Below, piece after piece: positions 1 to 18,579 of a DNA stretch of 64,000 bases (position 1 is the first letter of the stretch; the number at the start of each line of letters is the position of its first letter). The DNA lies in assembly GCA_951406725.2 (NCBI GenBank), contig OX597819.1, forward strand, positions 18,476,001-18,540,000, read 5' to 3'. The notes under the pieces were generated by a model. The model ran no database searches. It was not told where the DNA came from and saw only the letters and a program-made list of their open reading frames with translations. Position numbers and translations under genes: made by a program. This DNA comes from Octopus vulgaris (taxonomy: Eukaryota).

Positions 1-850
1 TATTCATTTCCTGTTATATTCGTTTTCTTATTATTTTAACTTCTTCGACACAATCAAGTAGAGTTTTCGCAGCTAAAAGCCGACCTTCTTTTTGAGACTA
101 CCATACTCTACATACATTGTTTCCACGCAGTGCTTATACAACGGAAGTGAGCGAGAACGGTATAGCGTAGTGTACATGCGTGACAGCGTTGAAGGTGAAG
201 CTGTACCAAACGGCTTCACGCTTTGTCCCTTAGCTCCGTTAACATAACTACGATCACGATGCTTTCCGAACAGACCTCGTATACTTCTAGGTTTTCAAAA
301 TACGCTCTGTTAGAAGTCGAAAGCTTTTTTGTCTAGTACAATAAAAATGTCCGTAATTTCGCAGAGGGATGATATGTATATATTAAACAGCTAACACACA
401 TAGACTGGTACATCGGAGGCTCATCTTATGTGTTACCGCATCTCATGTATCTACAACTATAAATCATACGTTGAATAAATTCTCATACCATTTAAAAACA
501 TTTTTACTTCCTTAATTTTCAGACATACAAAACTCTACATCTTTCCCCAATCTCATCAATATCTAATGTCTGTAAAACATGCGCGTTTATGTATGCATGA
601 ATGTGCGTATACACATGTACTTATACATATGTGTAAACAAATGGGTGCATAGATATTTAGATCAATAGACAGACAAATAGATTGATAAACAGATAGATAG
701 AGAAAGATTGAGAGAGAGATAGACAGATAGATAGACAGAGGTATATCTACATTATAAATAGATAGATTCATAGATAGATGTAAGTATATATATATATATA
801 TATATGCATATATAAATATATAAATATGTATATATATGTACATATATATG

Positions 851-896
<46 letters not shown>

Positions 897-1045
897 AATA
901 TATATATATACATGTATATATATATGTATATAAATATATGTGTCTACATATGTATTATCGATACACAAATACATATGCACACATGCACAAACACACAAAC
1001 ACACACACATACAAAACCACACGCATGTATTTATACATACATAAA

Positions 1046-1086
<41 letters not shown>

Positions 1087-1708
1087 TATACATACATACA
1101 TACATATATATATATATTTATATATATGCATGTATATATGTACATGGGTGTATATATGGATGTAAGTATGTGTAGGAAATTCCTGCCAATCTTAATGCCT
1201 ACAAAAATATATGCACATTGATATGCCTGTTTATTTATTAACGTATGTACACACCCACCAAGGCGTATGTAGTTGTGTTCGATCCAGTGTGTGTTCCTAT
1301 GCACATTATTTATTTTCTTATTTTACTTCAAGTATGTTTTCATTTCTTTCTTTCAAGAAGATTTCCCACGTTTCATCAACATTCTTCAAAAATAACGAAC
1401 AGTGTTAATCTGAATTCTGACAGAATTTATTCTCAGCTTCATTCCATAAAACGCTAGAACCACACCAGAGCAGGGATGAAGCCGGATTAGAGAAAATGTT
1501 TAGCCAATGCGTTGACTACTTGTGACATCTATAAAAAAGTATTCCATACGAGGCTTTGTAAATCGATAGTCTAATTGCATCGCTAATTCCCTTTATCACA
1601 CCATATAAATCCCACAAAATTGAAGGCTTACCAGCTTTTAAATTCCTTCTATGCTTTATAGAGTTATTACATTTATACGTGCCTATATATATGTGTGTGC
1701 TTCCGTAC

Positions 1709-1764
<56 letters not shown>

Positions 1765-1797
1765 TATATATATATACATATATGCATGTATTTATAT

Positions 1798-1831
<34 letters not shown>

Positions 1832-2201
1832 ATATATACACGCATATACATATATACATATATATGTATACATACATTATATATTATAGATATATATTTA
1901 TATATATCTAAGTATACACACACATATATAAATGTGTGTGTGTTGGTGTGTTTGTGTGTGCTTGTATGTGTGTGTGTGTGTTTGTGCGTGTGTGCGTGCG
2001 TGCGGTCATATATTTGCATATGAAATTTTAATCAAGTCTAAATCCGTGCGTGACAATTCTAGGCATCGATTTTCTTGTTCGAAATACAATTTGTAACTGA
2101 TCCAGCAACTAAGCACTGTGGACTGTTAAATCACGTGGCATGCTAGGGATTTTTATGAAAGAAACGAACCTGGGAAAGGAAGGATCGGAAAAGAGACTGA
2201 G

Positions 2202-2257
<56 letters not shown>

Positions 2258-3304
2258 GTCTATAAGAGAGATGCCAAAGAGAATGAAGCGCAGATGGCAC
2301 GTAGAGAACGATTTCTCGTAAAGAATGAAGATATGAATGTAAGAGGACATTATGGAAACGACTGATACAAAAGCAAGGAAGAATGAAAGAAAAAGAGAAC
2401 GAAGGAAAGAAAGAAAGAAAGAGAGAAAGAAAGAAGTAATATAAGTCGTGAAGAAATAGAAAGACAGGAATTCTGAAGAGAAGTATTTTAATGAAAAATA
2501 TGGAATGACTTAAATGAATGTGTTACAAACTGAAACACAGATTGGAAGAAAGCTAAAAAAATTGAATAATTAATTAATTAAGGAAGTAATTATAATTTAG
2601 TGAAAGAGCAAGAAAAAAAGCACAATGAGTTCAAGAAATGAAATGAAGAACGAAGAAAAGAAAGGATATATAAATGGAAGAAGTGAAGTGTGAATAAAAT
2701 GATTGATTAGAGGAATAACATATGTGATCAATGAAGGAAAGAAGTAAGAAAGAATAGAAGAGAAAAATAGGTAAATATTTGTTGAATAAGAATAAAAGAT
2801 GAATGAATGAAACGAAGGGAAAAAGATGAATTAATAGTTATATAAGAGAAACAATGAAGACACATAAAGAACACAAGAGGAACGAATTAGGTAAATATAA
2901 TAAAGAAGGAAATGAATAAAACATGACAAGAGAAGGATTTGCCAGGTGCTTTTGCTTTCTTTCGTGATTTCTTTTTTGGTTTTCTTCCCGCTGGATGCCC
3001 ACAAACACTTCTCAGTAGCTAAAACCCGATAGAGAAGTGAGAAGGCAATTCGGCAGCCTACGTTGTAAAGTTACTTGTTTCACTACAGAATACTATGGCT
3101 TCTATTTAGCTACGATGAATTGGATTCTGATCTTACACTTTGTTTGACAGGCCTTAAGCGTTGATATTGTTGCTGCTGTTGTTCATGGTTAGGGTGGGAG
3201 AGGGAGAAAGAAGCAAAGAAAAGGAAGACGATGAGAGATGGAGAAATAGAAGCAGAGAGTAAGTGAGACATCGGTAAAGAAGGAAAAAAGAAACTAAATA
3301 AATG

Positions 3305-3700
3305 GGAATATGCTTTATTTGTTACTGGATTGCGGCCATGCTGGGGCACCGCCCTGAAAGTTTGAAGTCAAAAAAATCATCTGCAGCACATACGTCTGGT
3401 ATTTATTTTCTCTCTCTCTCTCTGTCTTTTTTGTCGATCAACTAAGTTACGTGGATGTATGCAAATCTAGAAAAGATTGCTAAGCGGCAACAGGGAATGA
3501 GAAACACAGACGCAAAGAAGCACTTGTGCCTGCACCACCGCCCCCACACACTTATATACAACAGGTTTCCAGAGTTTTTCCTAAACAGATCCAGTCACAA
3601 CGCGACTGTCAACCCGGGTGTATGACTGTAGCCACATGCCCAATGTGCCACTTAGGGGGACTGAACGTCCTGGCGTCACACAGCCATTCCTATGCATTCA
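3305..3700 (-). mobile_element. SINE family A, diverged copy
   Basis: gcggccatgctggggcaccgcc tail motif, and reverse-complement head gggactgaac..cacacagccattcct. Confidence 0.65.
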
Positions 3701-4991
3701 CAGAGCCACAAATATTCTTGTTAAAGTTCTTGCTTGTTCTAAGATCATTCTTTATAAAAATGATATAACATTAAATATATTCCGAGCGTGACCATCCACT
3801 ATTAATTCCTTTATTGAATAAAGAGGATTACAATATCCAGAATATCGTTCCTTTATGATGGTGAGATTTTTTCGGGGACTTTAGCTTCTATTTCTTGTTG
3901 GTAGGCGGTCATGACGCCCCTCCATAACTGACTCATAAATAATATGATATAAAGCAACAATCGGGCAAAAGAACGCGGCGACGCCCTCTGGAGCAGGAGA
4001 TACTAGCAAAGCGGGTGTTAACATATTTCGTATTGTAGGCTCGGGGTAAGTATAATAAAGAAGGAAATAATTAAGAAATAAAGAGATGATTATGAATGAT
4101 AAAGACGATGGGTAGTTTGAAAGAATTTAGTAACTCGAGTGGAATGAATAATGGAAAGGAAAAAAGAAAGGAGGTCGTACAAAATGATGAAAAAAAAGGA
4201 AAAAAAGCCAGGACAGAAATACAAGATGATCGATTTATGAAGAAACGAATGACGAAAGAAAGGAAACAAAAGGGAAGAAGAATGTCAGAAAGAAAATAAA
4301 CTGGCTTGGAGGAAGAGTGGGAGGAGAGAGCTAGCAACTTGCTGACAGAGAAAAAGAAGAAGAAAAAAAGGGAGGGGGTAAGGTGGTTACATAGAACACA
4401 CGGGGAAGTATAATTGGAAAAAGAAATGAGCGTTTATGAAGAATGAACGAATGCGTTACATTAGAAGCGAGTGATATATGACAGTAAATAAAGAAATGGC
4501 ATACGAGTGAGAATATAATATGAAATATATCCATAAAGAATGGGGAATTTACAATGTATATATGGCCCCTATATTCTTCAATTTCTCATATAATTATAAC
4601 GCAACTTTAGGTGGATCTGTGAACATCTCAATTTGCTAAGATGTATCCACAGCTGAGTCCCCCGGTTTATCTTCATATATTTATCTTCTGCTCTAAACGT
4701 ATCTGTCACGTAAAAGTATTACTTACAGAATCTTCCTTCTCTCCACAAAGCGTTTTCGTACAACACTGTTTATTTACATTTTATTTTCCGTTTTTTTTTT
4801 TTGCTGCAAATCCAACAAAGCTTTTAATGTGTCCAGTCACAAGAATATATTTTCTAGTATCTACCTAAGTACATAAAGATAACGCTCAGTTCTCCAGTGA
4901 TATCCTTGCATTTAACATATACATAAACAATGAGACATGTTTAGAGAGAATATTTATACCTGGACTATAACGTTGATAAATGCTGCATGCG

Positions 4992-5031
<40 letters not shown>

Positions 5032-5270
5032 AATGAATACACTGCATTGTATATTGATAAAATCTAGACTAGCTTCGAAATAATATATTTGAAAACAGAG
5101 CAATATGGCAAAGCTGCTTACACACGTCTGGCTATGCAATTTAAAACCATTCTAGAAAAGATTCCACCTATTTTATAAGACAGGATTCCTCATGTGACTC
5201 TGAAAATGGCAAAGCAAAGATAATAATGGAAATGTATCGGAAATATTCAAGTCGATGTAATATACTCATT

Positions 5271-5327
<57 letters not shown>

Positions 5328-5346
5328 CTCTCTCTATCTCTGTATA

Positions 5347-5431
<85 letters not shown>

Positions 5432-6979
5432 TCCAATGACACCATTTAGCATGAAAATATTGGCCGTAGTATATTTAGAATCAGTGTAGCAATACGGAAT
5501 TAATATAAAGTGGCGCAGAAGCCAGTTAAAAAGGTAAGGATTTGCAGCGACTTAGTAGTTGAGCTAAACACATTAATTCAGTTTACGAATGTATCCATTA
5601 TGCATTTGTAATTGATACAAATGCAATGATATACGACCCTTTCTGTAAAGAGGCAAACTGGATACATTTACGCATCAGACATACCATTTCAGTAAGCAGC
5701 ACTATTAGGTGTCCATAAATGTTGTTCACCGAGGAATTAAAGACAATATGCCAGTTAATGAATGTCTCCATTAACACATTTCTTAATGGACATATTCGAC
5801 ATAAATCCACATAAATGGAATTGTGCAACACTCCCATAAAATTATTGAGATATTAATGTAGATGCATGTATTTTCGACTAAACATCAATATAAGAATCTG
5901 TAAATATTGTTAGTCTATTATCATAGAGCATTTAATAACGTTGGAGATTTGTATATTTGGTCTCGAAGCATTATTTAATTATCGTTAACGTAATAAAGGA
6001 AGCTGGATATATTGATTGAAATATAAATAATGAAGAGTATCGTCTTTAAACTGTTACACGTAACAACGCATTTCTTTCGGATTGCGTGTAATTTTGTTTT
6101 CAAAGATCGTACAGTATAGACCTTACATATTGCATAGAACCTACAACTTAGAAATATAAATAATCACTCTGAAAGCTTCACATATAATAGATATTTATAG
6201 TTATTTTTCTGTTTAAAGTTTATTTATCCATACTGTCATTGCTCTGGTGACTATAGATTTCTCTGTCGTACACAAAACAGAATGTTTTTCTTGGGTTTAT
6301 ATCTACATATACAAACAGCCCCGTCTCTCGTGCAGAGTTATTCCTTTGTTGCCCTTACTATATCCGAAGATCTTGCACCTGTTACCACATTTATTCCTGT
6401 TTTTGGCTATCAGCGTATCGACATCGAACTATGTTAGTTGGAATGGTGCTCTTTGCTCGGTTCATGGAATCCGTGCCATTTTCATACAGACAATTTCTAT
6501 ATATTTAAGAAGATCTCACAATTGGATTTCGAATAATATTTTGGGTTTGTTTCTTCCAGTCTTCCGATTGCTTAACTTTTTGAATTCCAATTGGCGTTGA
6601 CTTGATGCAGTAGCTACTTTCATTTTGAAATACTGAGGCTTTTACTTCTATCATTTAATTTGTCTGTCTCCGCTGATGTTTGTAACTCTTTTAATCAAAA
6701 CACATTCTACTTTTATCATTAGGTTCTGTGAATGGTGACAACGTAATTTTCTTCGCAGTAAGAATACATTCCAGGTTTATTTTGAAGCATATTGTACAAT
6801 GGACGATGTAATACATTGGGGTATTTATTTAGGAAATAAAATAATAAATGTGGACCATATATTGAGACAATTTCTCTTTCTTTGCAGCAAATAACAGCGT
6901 CATGGAAAAGTCCTCCATTTTCCATTTTATTACTTATTGTAAATACGACTTTGATGAATTCTATAAATCCGTTCAGCCA

Positions 6980-7110
<131 letters not shown>

Positions 7111-7238
7111 ACATATACACACAAACATGCACACACAGAAACACAGAAATGCATATGAACAGTCACATATATATGTATATTTGTATATATATACATATAT
7201 ATATGTATTATACATATATATACACACATATATATATG

Positions 7239-7281
<43 letters not shown>

Positions 7282-7932
7282 TATGTACCTATGTATCTAT
7301 GTATATATGTGTATATTTGTGTTTATACATGTGTGTCTCGGTCTATCTGTCTGTATATCTTTGTGTACAAAGGATGATAAATGGAGAGATAGACAGATGT
7401 CGGTAGTAAATGATTTGATAGTAAATATATAGAGAAGCATTACGAGAAATATATATTCTCGAGGTACCTACATAGATTCACCTCCGTTAACAATTAACTT
7501 TTCCACCGTAATCTAATCCATCTTCTTAACAAATTCTCTGCTTCACAACCACTTTTGTCTTCCATAATATATGTCTATGTATATAAATATATATCACGTT
7601 CCTTTCTTTCGGCTTTCAACAAAATCTCACTTGTCATTCATCACGTGTATATTTGTGTCCCAATCATTTTCTGACGGTGTTGCTGTAAAAAGAGACAAAC
7701 AGGTTCTATTTTTGATCCTGCCAGAACAATTCCAACGACAACACTGCAAGAATTTGTGCTAATCTGTTAACATATTTTACTTTCGTATTTACCCTGGCTA
7801 ACTCCATTATTCCACTTCATCATTCACCAATCCAAAATAATTCCAACAATACACTGTAAGGCTTGTCTCTGTGTGAGAATGTATACATATGAAGTGTGTG
7901 CGTGCGCGCGCGTGTATGTATTGTATGCATGT

Positions 7933-7969
<37 letters not shown>

Positions 7970-8038
7970 TGTATGCGTGTATATTATTGCATATATGTAT
8001 GCGTGTATATTATTGCATATATGTATATATGTATATAT

Positions 8039-8087
<49 letters not shown>

Positions 8088-8569
8088 CAGTATATATATA
8101 TATGAGTGTGTGTGTGTGTGTATACGTATACTTATATATGTGTATGTAGACATATATCACTGCTATTTTTACAAAGGAAATATCTATTGATTCACAATAT
8201 ATTCTATGTATTTAACGCAATAACAACAACACCAACAACGGCAACAAACAATAATAATAATAATAATAATAATAAATACCAACAGTTGTGTACATTAATA
8301 AGAATATAACGAAGGAAAAAAGACCAACAGCGAAGACACAAGAATAATCACAATAAAAAAAGTTAAAACAAAATTAGATTAATAGAGGATTCATCATACA
8401 AAAGCGGCCATTATAAATAGATCAGAGAGAAAAAGAGGGACGAGAGTGAGAGAGAACTTTACAATAGAGGCCCCTATTATAATTGTAAGTGGCAAATTAG
8501 ATTCTAGCCAAAGCCAGATATTAATGTACATATAATTATATATAAGCTCACGCGCGCGCGACACACACC

Positions 8570-8630
<61 letters not shown>

Positions 8631-9755
8631 GTATACAGGCACACACACAAATATATGTATGTATATATGATGTATGCAGTCACGTATGTATATACATATA
8701 ATGAAGAGTGGTGTTAGAACGTGTCATTATATCCAATCATCTAACGTTTCTTATTAGATCTGCCTACGGAGATATTTTCGTATATCCTTCATAATAAATC
8801 CTGAACAACTCTATTTTCGTTCACCAGCGTTGTATTGTGTAGCTATTGTTTTTTGTTCTTCTCTGTAATCCAAAGAAATACCTACATATATGTACACATA
8901 CCTCCCCACATACATACACATTTACACATATAAACGTATACATATATATATGTATATATGTATATATGTATATGTATATATATTGGTTAATGCAGCTATT
9001 GCTTATTTTGAGGTTATTTTTATTGTTATATATAGCGAAAAAGTCACGTTGATCTGCAGCATTATTACTTAACATGGTTTCTATATTTGTGATGTAGTTT
9101 CGTTTTACCTAATGGGTAGTTGAGAAAAAGGCACCGACGACAACACGTCGTAATGTTTCGCCGTTGTGGTTTATACACAACACATATATTTCCTCCATTA
9201 CTTTGGCTTCGATTTCATTTTTTATGCATTCCTTTCGTTTCTTTTACCTCAATACTTTTTAACTTGTGTTATTGTTTATTGACACACGTTCATTCTAAAT
9301 ATATTTGTTGCGCATATACACACACACACATATATATATATATACATAAATATACACATAAATATATTTGTTGCGCTTATGTATTTGTATTTATGTATAC
9401 CTTTATGAATATCTATGGCAGCATACGTTCATATAGGCATGCATTTACATATATATATACACATACGAATCTCTATCTCTATGTGTGTGTGTGTGTGTGT
9501 AAATATATAGATACACACACACATATAAATACATAAATATGTGTGTGTATGTATGGCATCTGTAAAACCTATGTGTGTGATTCCAGTTGATAGACGCATG
9601 CACACAAACACATTCGCAGTTTTGTGTTTATAAGTGAAGGAATATTGGACACAGTACATAGTTTGAATTTTCTATCTATTTGAAAGAAGTCGCTGATTGA
9701 TTCTCAACAGTCGCGGCGATATTAAACCGCTTAATGATAAGTAACATCGCATGCG

Positions 9756-9806
<51 letters not shown>

Positions 9807-9830
9807 TATATACATCTATCTATCTATCTA

Positions 9831-9921
<91 letters not shown>

Positions 9922-11351
9922 GTATATATGTTTATATATATACGTGTGTGTGTATGTGTATATATATATATATATATGATTTGCGTTCCTTTATATAGGT
10001 AGGTGGGAATACAGAAGACGTCACTCAGATGCCACAGTTAATTTCTGGTGTGAATTTAAGTAAAATACTAAAACGTATTCTTCTGCACAAATTAGCTTCA
10101 ATAGACCCTTTAATACTTCAGAGAGAACCTTCCTATTCGCCTAAGAATCACACTCCCCATTAGCTAAAATATTCATGATAATACAAAGGCTGCATGAATC
10201 AATCTGGAAATATGACTACTTTGCTATAGATATATTTTTGTGAACCCTTAAATTTAGAGGCGAACAAATGTTACACTCCACACCCTCGTTATGTTGTTTT
10301 GTAGAGATTCGGCCAAAAGAATTGAAAATGAATTATCCCCAAGTTGCAAATCGAATTTAGTATACACAAAGGATATTTTTCTATTTAGCATGATATCCTC
10401 TCATTCGGATTGTGAAATTATTTTCTATGAAAATGAAACCCTTCGTGAGTTTATCTCACAAAATAATTGCCAATAACAACAACTTGATATAAAAGCGAAA
10501 ATCCTGAATCACTGTGAAGCAAATGGGAAGGTGAAAACGAAAGAAGGGCGAAAAGGAAAATAACACATAAAAAAATGTAGGGACTGTAATTATTATGAAA
10601 TAAAATGAGATAAAAAAATCGATATGAATATGCATTCGGTGAATATTTGAATGCATAATTGTACAGAAATGCACAGACAGCCTTCCAGAATGGTGGAATG
10701 AGACGCTTGTGGAAATTGCAAAAGATGAAAAGGTTCTCGGAGAAATTAAAAAAAGAGAGAAGGGGGAGAATTCAGAATTGATATGGAGACTATAAGAAAA
10801 TCGATAAATGTGGTATAATATCTGAAGAATTCATTATTGAATAACATGAGTTGATAAATAGATTTTAATGGAATTTTGTTGGCTTATTAAAATAAAATTG
10901 ACAATCCAAAATATGATCATTCACTCAAAATTACATCCTACATTTATTTCAAATATACAGTAGCATCGTTGTTCGCTGTTCATCTTCAGCTTCCAGAGGT
11001 ATACAGTATTTAGAATGCAACTTGTATATTGTATCTCGCCATAAGTTACTTTCTAGGACTTTACGTATTATTATTTTTCTCCTTAGAGTCAATGGCTTTG
11101 TGAAAATACAATTCACAAACTGAAAAGAGAGAAGAGAAATGGAAGAAAATATTCTTTTATATGTTTTCAACAAATATTCCAGTGTATTATATGAAGCATA
11201 CATATCAGCTAGGAATGGGTCTTCTCTGCACAACCTTGATGTGGTAATAAAATTAAAATAGCCGTAAGCAAGTACATAAAATTACTATTATGCACATAGC
11301 GATACATTATATAACGTCTTTGTGAATACATCGTGCTTAGAAAATATTCTG

Positions 11352-12024
11352 TACGAGTTGCGTTTAAAAGTATCCGACTTTTTCTCCACCAAAACTTTTG
11401 ACGCGTGGGCGAAATAATTTTGGATAGATGTAGTGCTATCCTTCTTGTGCATGCGTGAGAATATCAGCTCCAGTAGGCTGCATCTGTCCTTGGCTGCTAC
11501 ACCTAGAGATGAGGCATGTAGTGCAGATTTGTCGAGCAGAGCTACTGGATGAAGATATGTGAAAACCTTGGTGATACTTAAACTCAAATCATCCAGAAGA
11601 TTCAGAAGGCATTCGGAAATTTCAGGCTAAAGAGTTGTACAATCGATTCAAACATGACTGCATTTCAGTGGAAAGCGACATACCTTTAAGGCAGATATTG
11701 CCGAATGCAGGTGGGTAAACAAAGGCAACTCCACATTAAAATCGCTTAGTAAAAAACACGATTCAGACTCCATGAAAACCATTATTAAGGAAACATGAGT
11801 TTATGATTTCTGCTGGATGCGTTCGGTCATCTTGCTCGAAAACGAAAATCCAATGAGCGCGCATTACACGTCTGTACTCAAGGTGTAATAGCTAGAATCT
11901 GATGCGGAAATTTTCCTACATGCGAAAGAAGGGTGGTGTCACGTCCAACCCCAAATATTTCGCCCACTGAAATAAAATTGTGTGGGAAAAAATTAAGTCA
12001 AATACATTTTGAATGCACATTATA
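11352..12024 (+). mobile_element. Old mariner-like relic
   Basis: Degenerate TIRs (tacgagttgcgtttaaaagtatccgactt / aagtcaaatacattttgaatgcacattata) and HTH-region remnants IQKIQKAFG and YNRFK..ISVESD. Confidence 0.5.
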
Positions 12025-12445
12025 TGGCCATAGATAAGGTTCTTCAAATCAAAGATGTCTTCAACCTTGCCTGCGAGCGAGTTAAGTGAAAAATCAACGG
12101 ACATCATTTCTTGCGATCCTCAGTGGAGGTTATCTAACTTCTGATTCCTATCTCGAAATGTTGCACGTTTGTCCAGATATTTTGTCCCAGCACACACGAT
12201 TCTATGTTAGTGATTAAAAGCTGATCGACAGACAATTCATAGATGTTTTTTAATATCTGCTTCGCTATCTATTTATGACACATTCTCTTTCCCTCCATTC
12301 CACATCCTCTGTATCTATGTTTGTGTGTACATGAGTGCGTTTTTGTGTATACGTGTGTGCATGTATATGTCTATCAATTTATCCATCTATCTATCTATTT
12401 TATATCTTATCAAAATTAACTATTTCTTAATCATCCTCTCACACC

Positions 12446-12490
12446 GTCTCCGATGAAGGGATATAAATATCCTGAAAACAATTGTAAGAC
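12446..12490 (+). ncRNA. Degenerate type I hammerhead motif
   Basis: GUCU-CCGAUGA-AGGGAUAUaaAUAUCCU-GAAA-ACAAUUGU-A-AGAC. U4>C and one extra A relative to consensus. Confidence 0.5.
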
Positions 12491-13545
12491 CTTCAATCTA
12501 TAAATGTTCTAAAATCTACATTGCCCTGTTTTTTTAACACATTACGAAAACAATTTATATATATATGTGTGTGTGGGGGAGTGCGTATTGTCTTTATGCA
12601 TTCCAAAACTGAGTGACCGATATTGTCGTATTGGGTATCAAAAGACTATTTCCACTAAAAACTAAACTTTATTTTCATTCGCATATTTGCATTACAAAAA
12701 ATTAACATTATAAAATCTTCCAAAAGTCAACTATCGTAAGCATTCTATACGACGACGACAACGACGACGTCACATTTTCTATATTAGTGTATACCTTAAA
12801 TGGCATACATCATCACGACACACAACTTCACTCAATCATTCTATCTCTCTCTTTCTTTCTCTCTCTTGTACGCACGCACTCGCACACACACACACACACA
12901 TACATTTCTTAAACACGTACATACATCTATCACTTTCTGCTGTCTCTCCCCGTTTTGCCTTCTCTTTTCTTTCAATTTCTGCTCTCTTCAAAGTATAAAT
13001 AAACGATCTTTTTGCGAAATGAGTCAGAGAAATACAGAATGAGAAAAACATCAGGAATTCTCTCATCAACGTCCACAAATTGGAAATGGCGACTTACCGT
13101 TGAATAACTCCATGCAACAGCATGTACTGCATTGTGGGTACTTGGTGTTTACACAGGCCGAGCTTAAACAAACGGTATTTACCACATTGCAAGACAACTT
13201 CAAAAACATATCATGGTTCGCAGAAAGAGCTATTTTGTAATAAAGAGAGTCTCTTTACTATATATATATATACTTGAACTTGGTTTAAGTATCCATACAA
13301 TTGAAAGGTTACTTTTGAAAAGTAAAGGTGGAGGCAGCACGAAAGTAAGTTTAAAGATTGTTTTATATTAGCTTTATTAAATGACATTTATGAAATATTA
13401 TTGGTTGAGATGTGTATATTCACCTTAACAAATTAAAACAATTGAAAGTTAAATATTATGGATGTATATCTTACAAACAAGTGTAAAACTGTGCCGAAAT
13501 AATTGTGATTTCAAATAAAGCCAAAATTTTATTCCATTTTCTATC

Positions 13546-13580
<35 letters not shown>

Positions 13581-13658
13581 TGTGTGTGCGTGTGTACGTA
13601 TTTGTATGTATATGTGTATATATGTGTAAATATATATGTATGTATATGTATAAGTATG

Positions 13659-13708
<50 letters not shown>

Positions 13709-13873
13709 AATTTGAGATTGTGCCCAAGTTTTTGGGGTCGACTTGCTCATGCGTAAACCAGAAATTGAAGCCCCGATCAAATTGATCTTTGCAATACGTT
13801 TGACTCTAATCTCATTATTGAGCATCACTATCCTCAACTTGCATTGTGTATAAATGTATATATATATATATGA

Positions 13874-13974
<101 letters not shown>

Positions 13975-13999
13975 AGTATTTATATGTATATTTATAAAA

Positions 14000-14061
<62 letters not shown>

Positions 14062-14539
14062 GCATAAACAGGTACTAATTTAGCGTATATATATATACCT
14101 TATTTGGTATCAGTTTATCCATATTTCATATTTATTCGTATTGATCAAATAAAGATTAAATAACTATAAACATTCCGGCGATTTGATAATGATCCAAGTT
14201 ATATACACCGTGACGAAGAACCGTACATAATTATTTAAAAACGATAAAGCTATTATTTCATTGTTGTCCCTCACACTTCACTGCATATTTCCTGTTATTT
14301 TACAATTGTTTTCATCTGATTGTACTTCACCGATATCATTTGAATGATACTCTCGTAATTTCTATTTCAGTATCCTGTACACATATTATCTATCAATGTA
14401 GGTCTTCTGGGCTTGAGGAGATTTCGGTACAGCACAATATTATGTAAATATCATTAATTTAGTATTATTATTATTATTATTGTTATTATTATTGTTAATA
14501 TTATTATTATTATTGTTATTATTATTATTATTATTATTA

Positions 14540-14646
<107 letters not shown>

Positions 14647-14661
14647 ATTATTATTATTATC

Positions 14662-14896
14662 GAGTGGGAGAGCAATGCATGCCATCAAAGTGACACTGGG
14701 GTAAAATATACGAAGCCCAGTATACCCATTATGTCTACACGTCTGATAAGTGTACACCAGGCACATGCATCACAACCATATGTGCGCGACATAGTGATCT
14801 CATATCAAGATAAAAAGCACATGAAATTGCAGGAAGGGCCCAGTTAGAATTTTCTTCTGGTCGAGTAGCCCATCCCGCCCCAAATGTCTCTGAATA
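14662..14896 (-). mobile_element. Truncated copy of the ~555-bp (TAA)n-associated element
   Basis: Matches the first ~235 bp (+ strand left end) of 14962-15517. (TTA)n on both sides. Confidence 0.85.
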
Positions 14897-14898
14897 CA

Positions 14899-14942
<44 letters not shown>

Positions 14943-14961
14943 TAATATTAATATTATTATT

Positions 14962-17877
<2,916 letters not shown>

Positions 17878-17887
17878 CATTATTATT

Positions 17888-18100
17888 GAGTGAGAGGACA
17901 GTGTATGCAATGAACGTGACACGGGGACAAAATATCTGAAGCCCAGTATACCCATCCTGACTACCCGTCTTTTAAGGTTACACTAGGCACATGCATCACA
18001 ACTATATGCACGCGACATGGTGATCTCATATCAATATAAACAGCTCATGATCTTGCAGGTGGGGGCCTAGTTATAATTTTCTTCAGGTCGAGTAACCCAT
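17888..18100 (-). mobile_element. Truncated, more diverged copy of the ~555-bp (TAA)n-associated element
   Basis: Matches the first ~210 bp of the element and abuts (TTA)n 17787-17887. Confidence 0.8.
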
Positions 18101-18579
18101 ATCTTCTAGGGCTAAATTACAGCAACATTCGTTGTAAACCAGGACTGCCATGTTATGTTGGCAAGCAATCTTTATTTATATATGGTACGTTTGTAATGAT
18201 CGATTAGAGACGTTCCAGGTACTTTAAATATAGTGCGAGTATATATATGTAGCACGTGAACCTTCTCTTTATATTCTATAAAGTACAAAGGAATTTCCTG
18301 CTAGCTACTCAACGACATCGTTTACCCAAAAGAAAAATATCTTCAAAATGTCTTCTACGACAGCTGAAGCCAAAAGAATTACACCCCTGCCATAAATGTC
18401 AGGAATGAAACTTAGCGCAACAATAACATCCAAAAACACAAGTAACATCTCTCATAATCTCCCATTAAATAGAAATAAATTATTTAATGAAGTTAACCAA
18501 GAAGAAATCGCTATCCAGTTAGGAAACAGGATCATCCGTACTTTTCTAAAATTGAGTTTTATAAATACACGTGACTTGT

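Noticed and set aside
2200-2940. Purine-rich stretch (also 4050-4540) giving K/E/R-rich reading frames
   Set aside because: Low-complexity decayed GA/GAA repeats with frequent stops.
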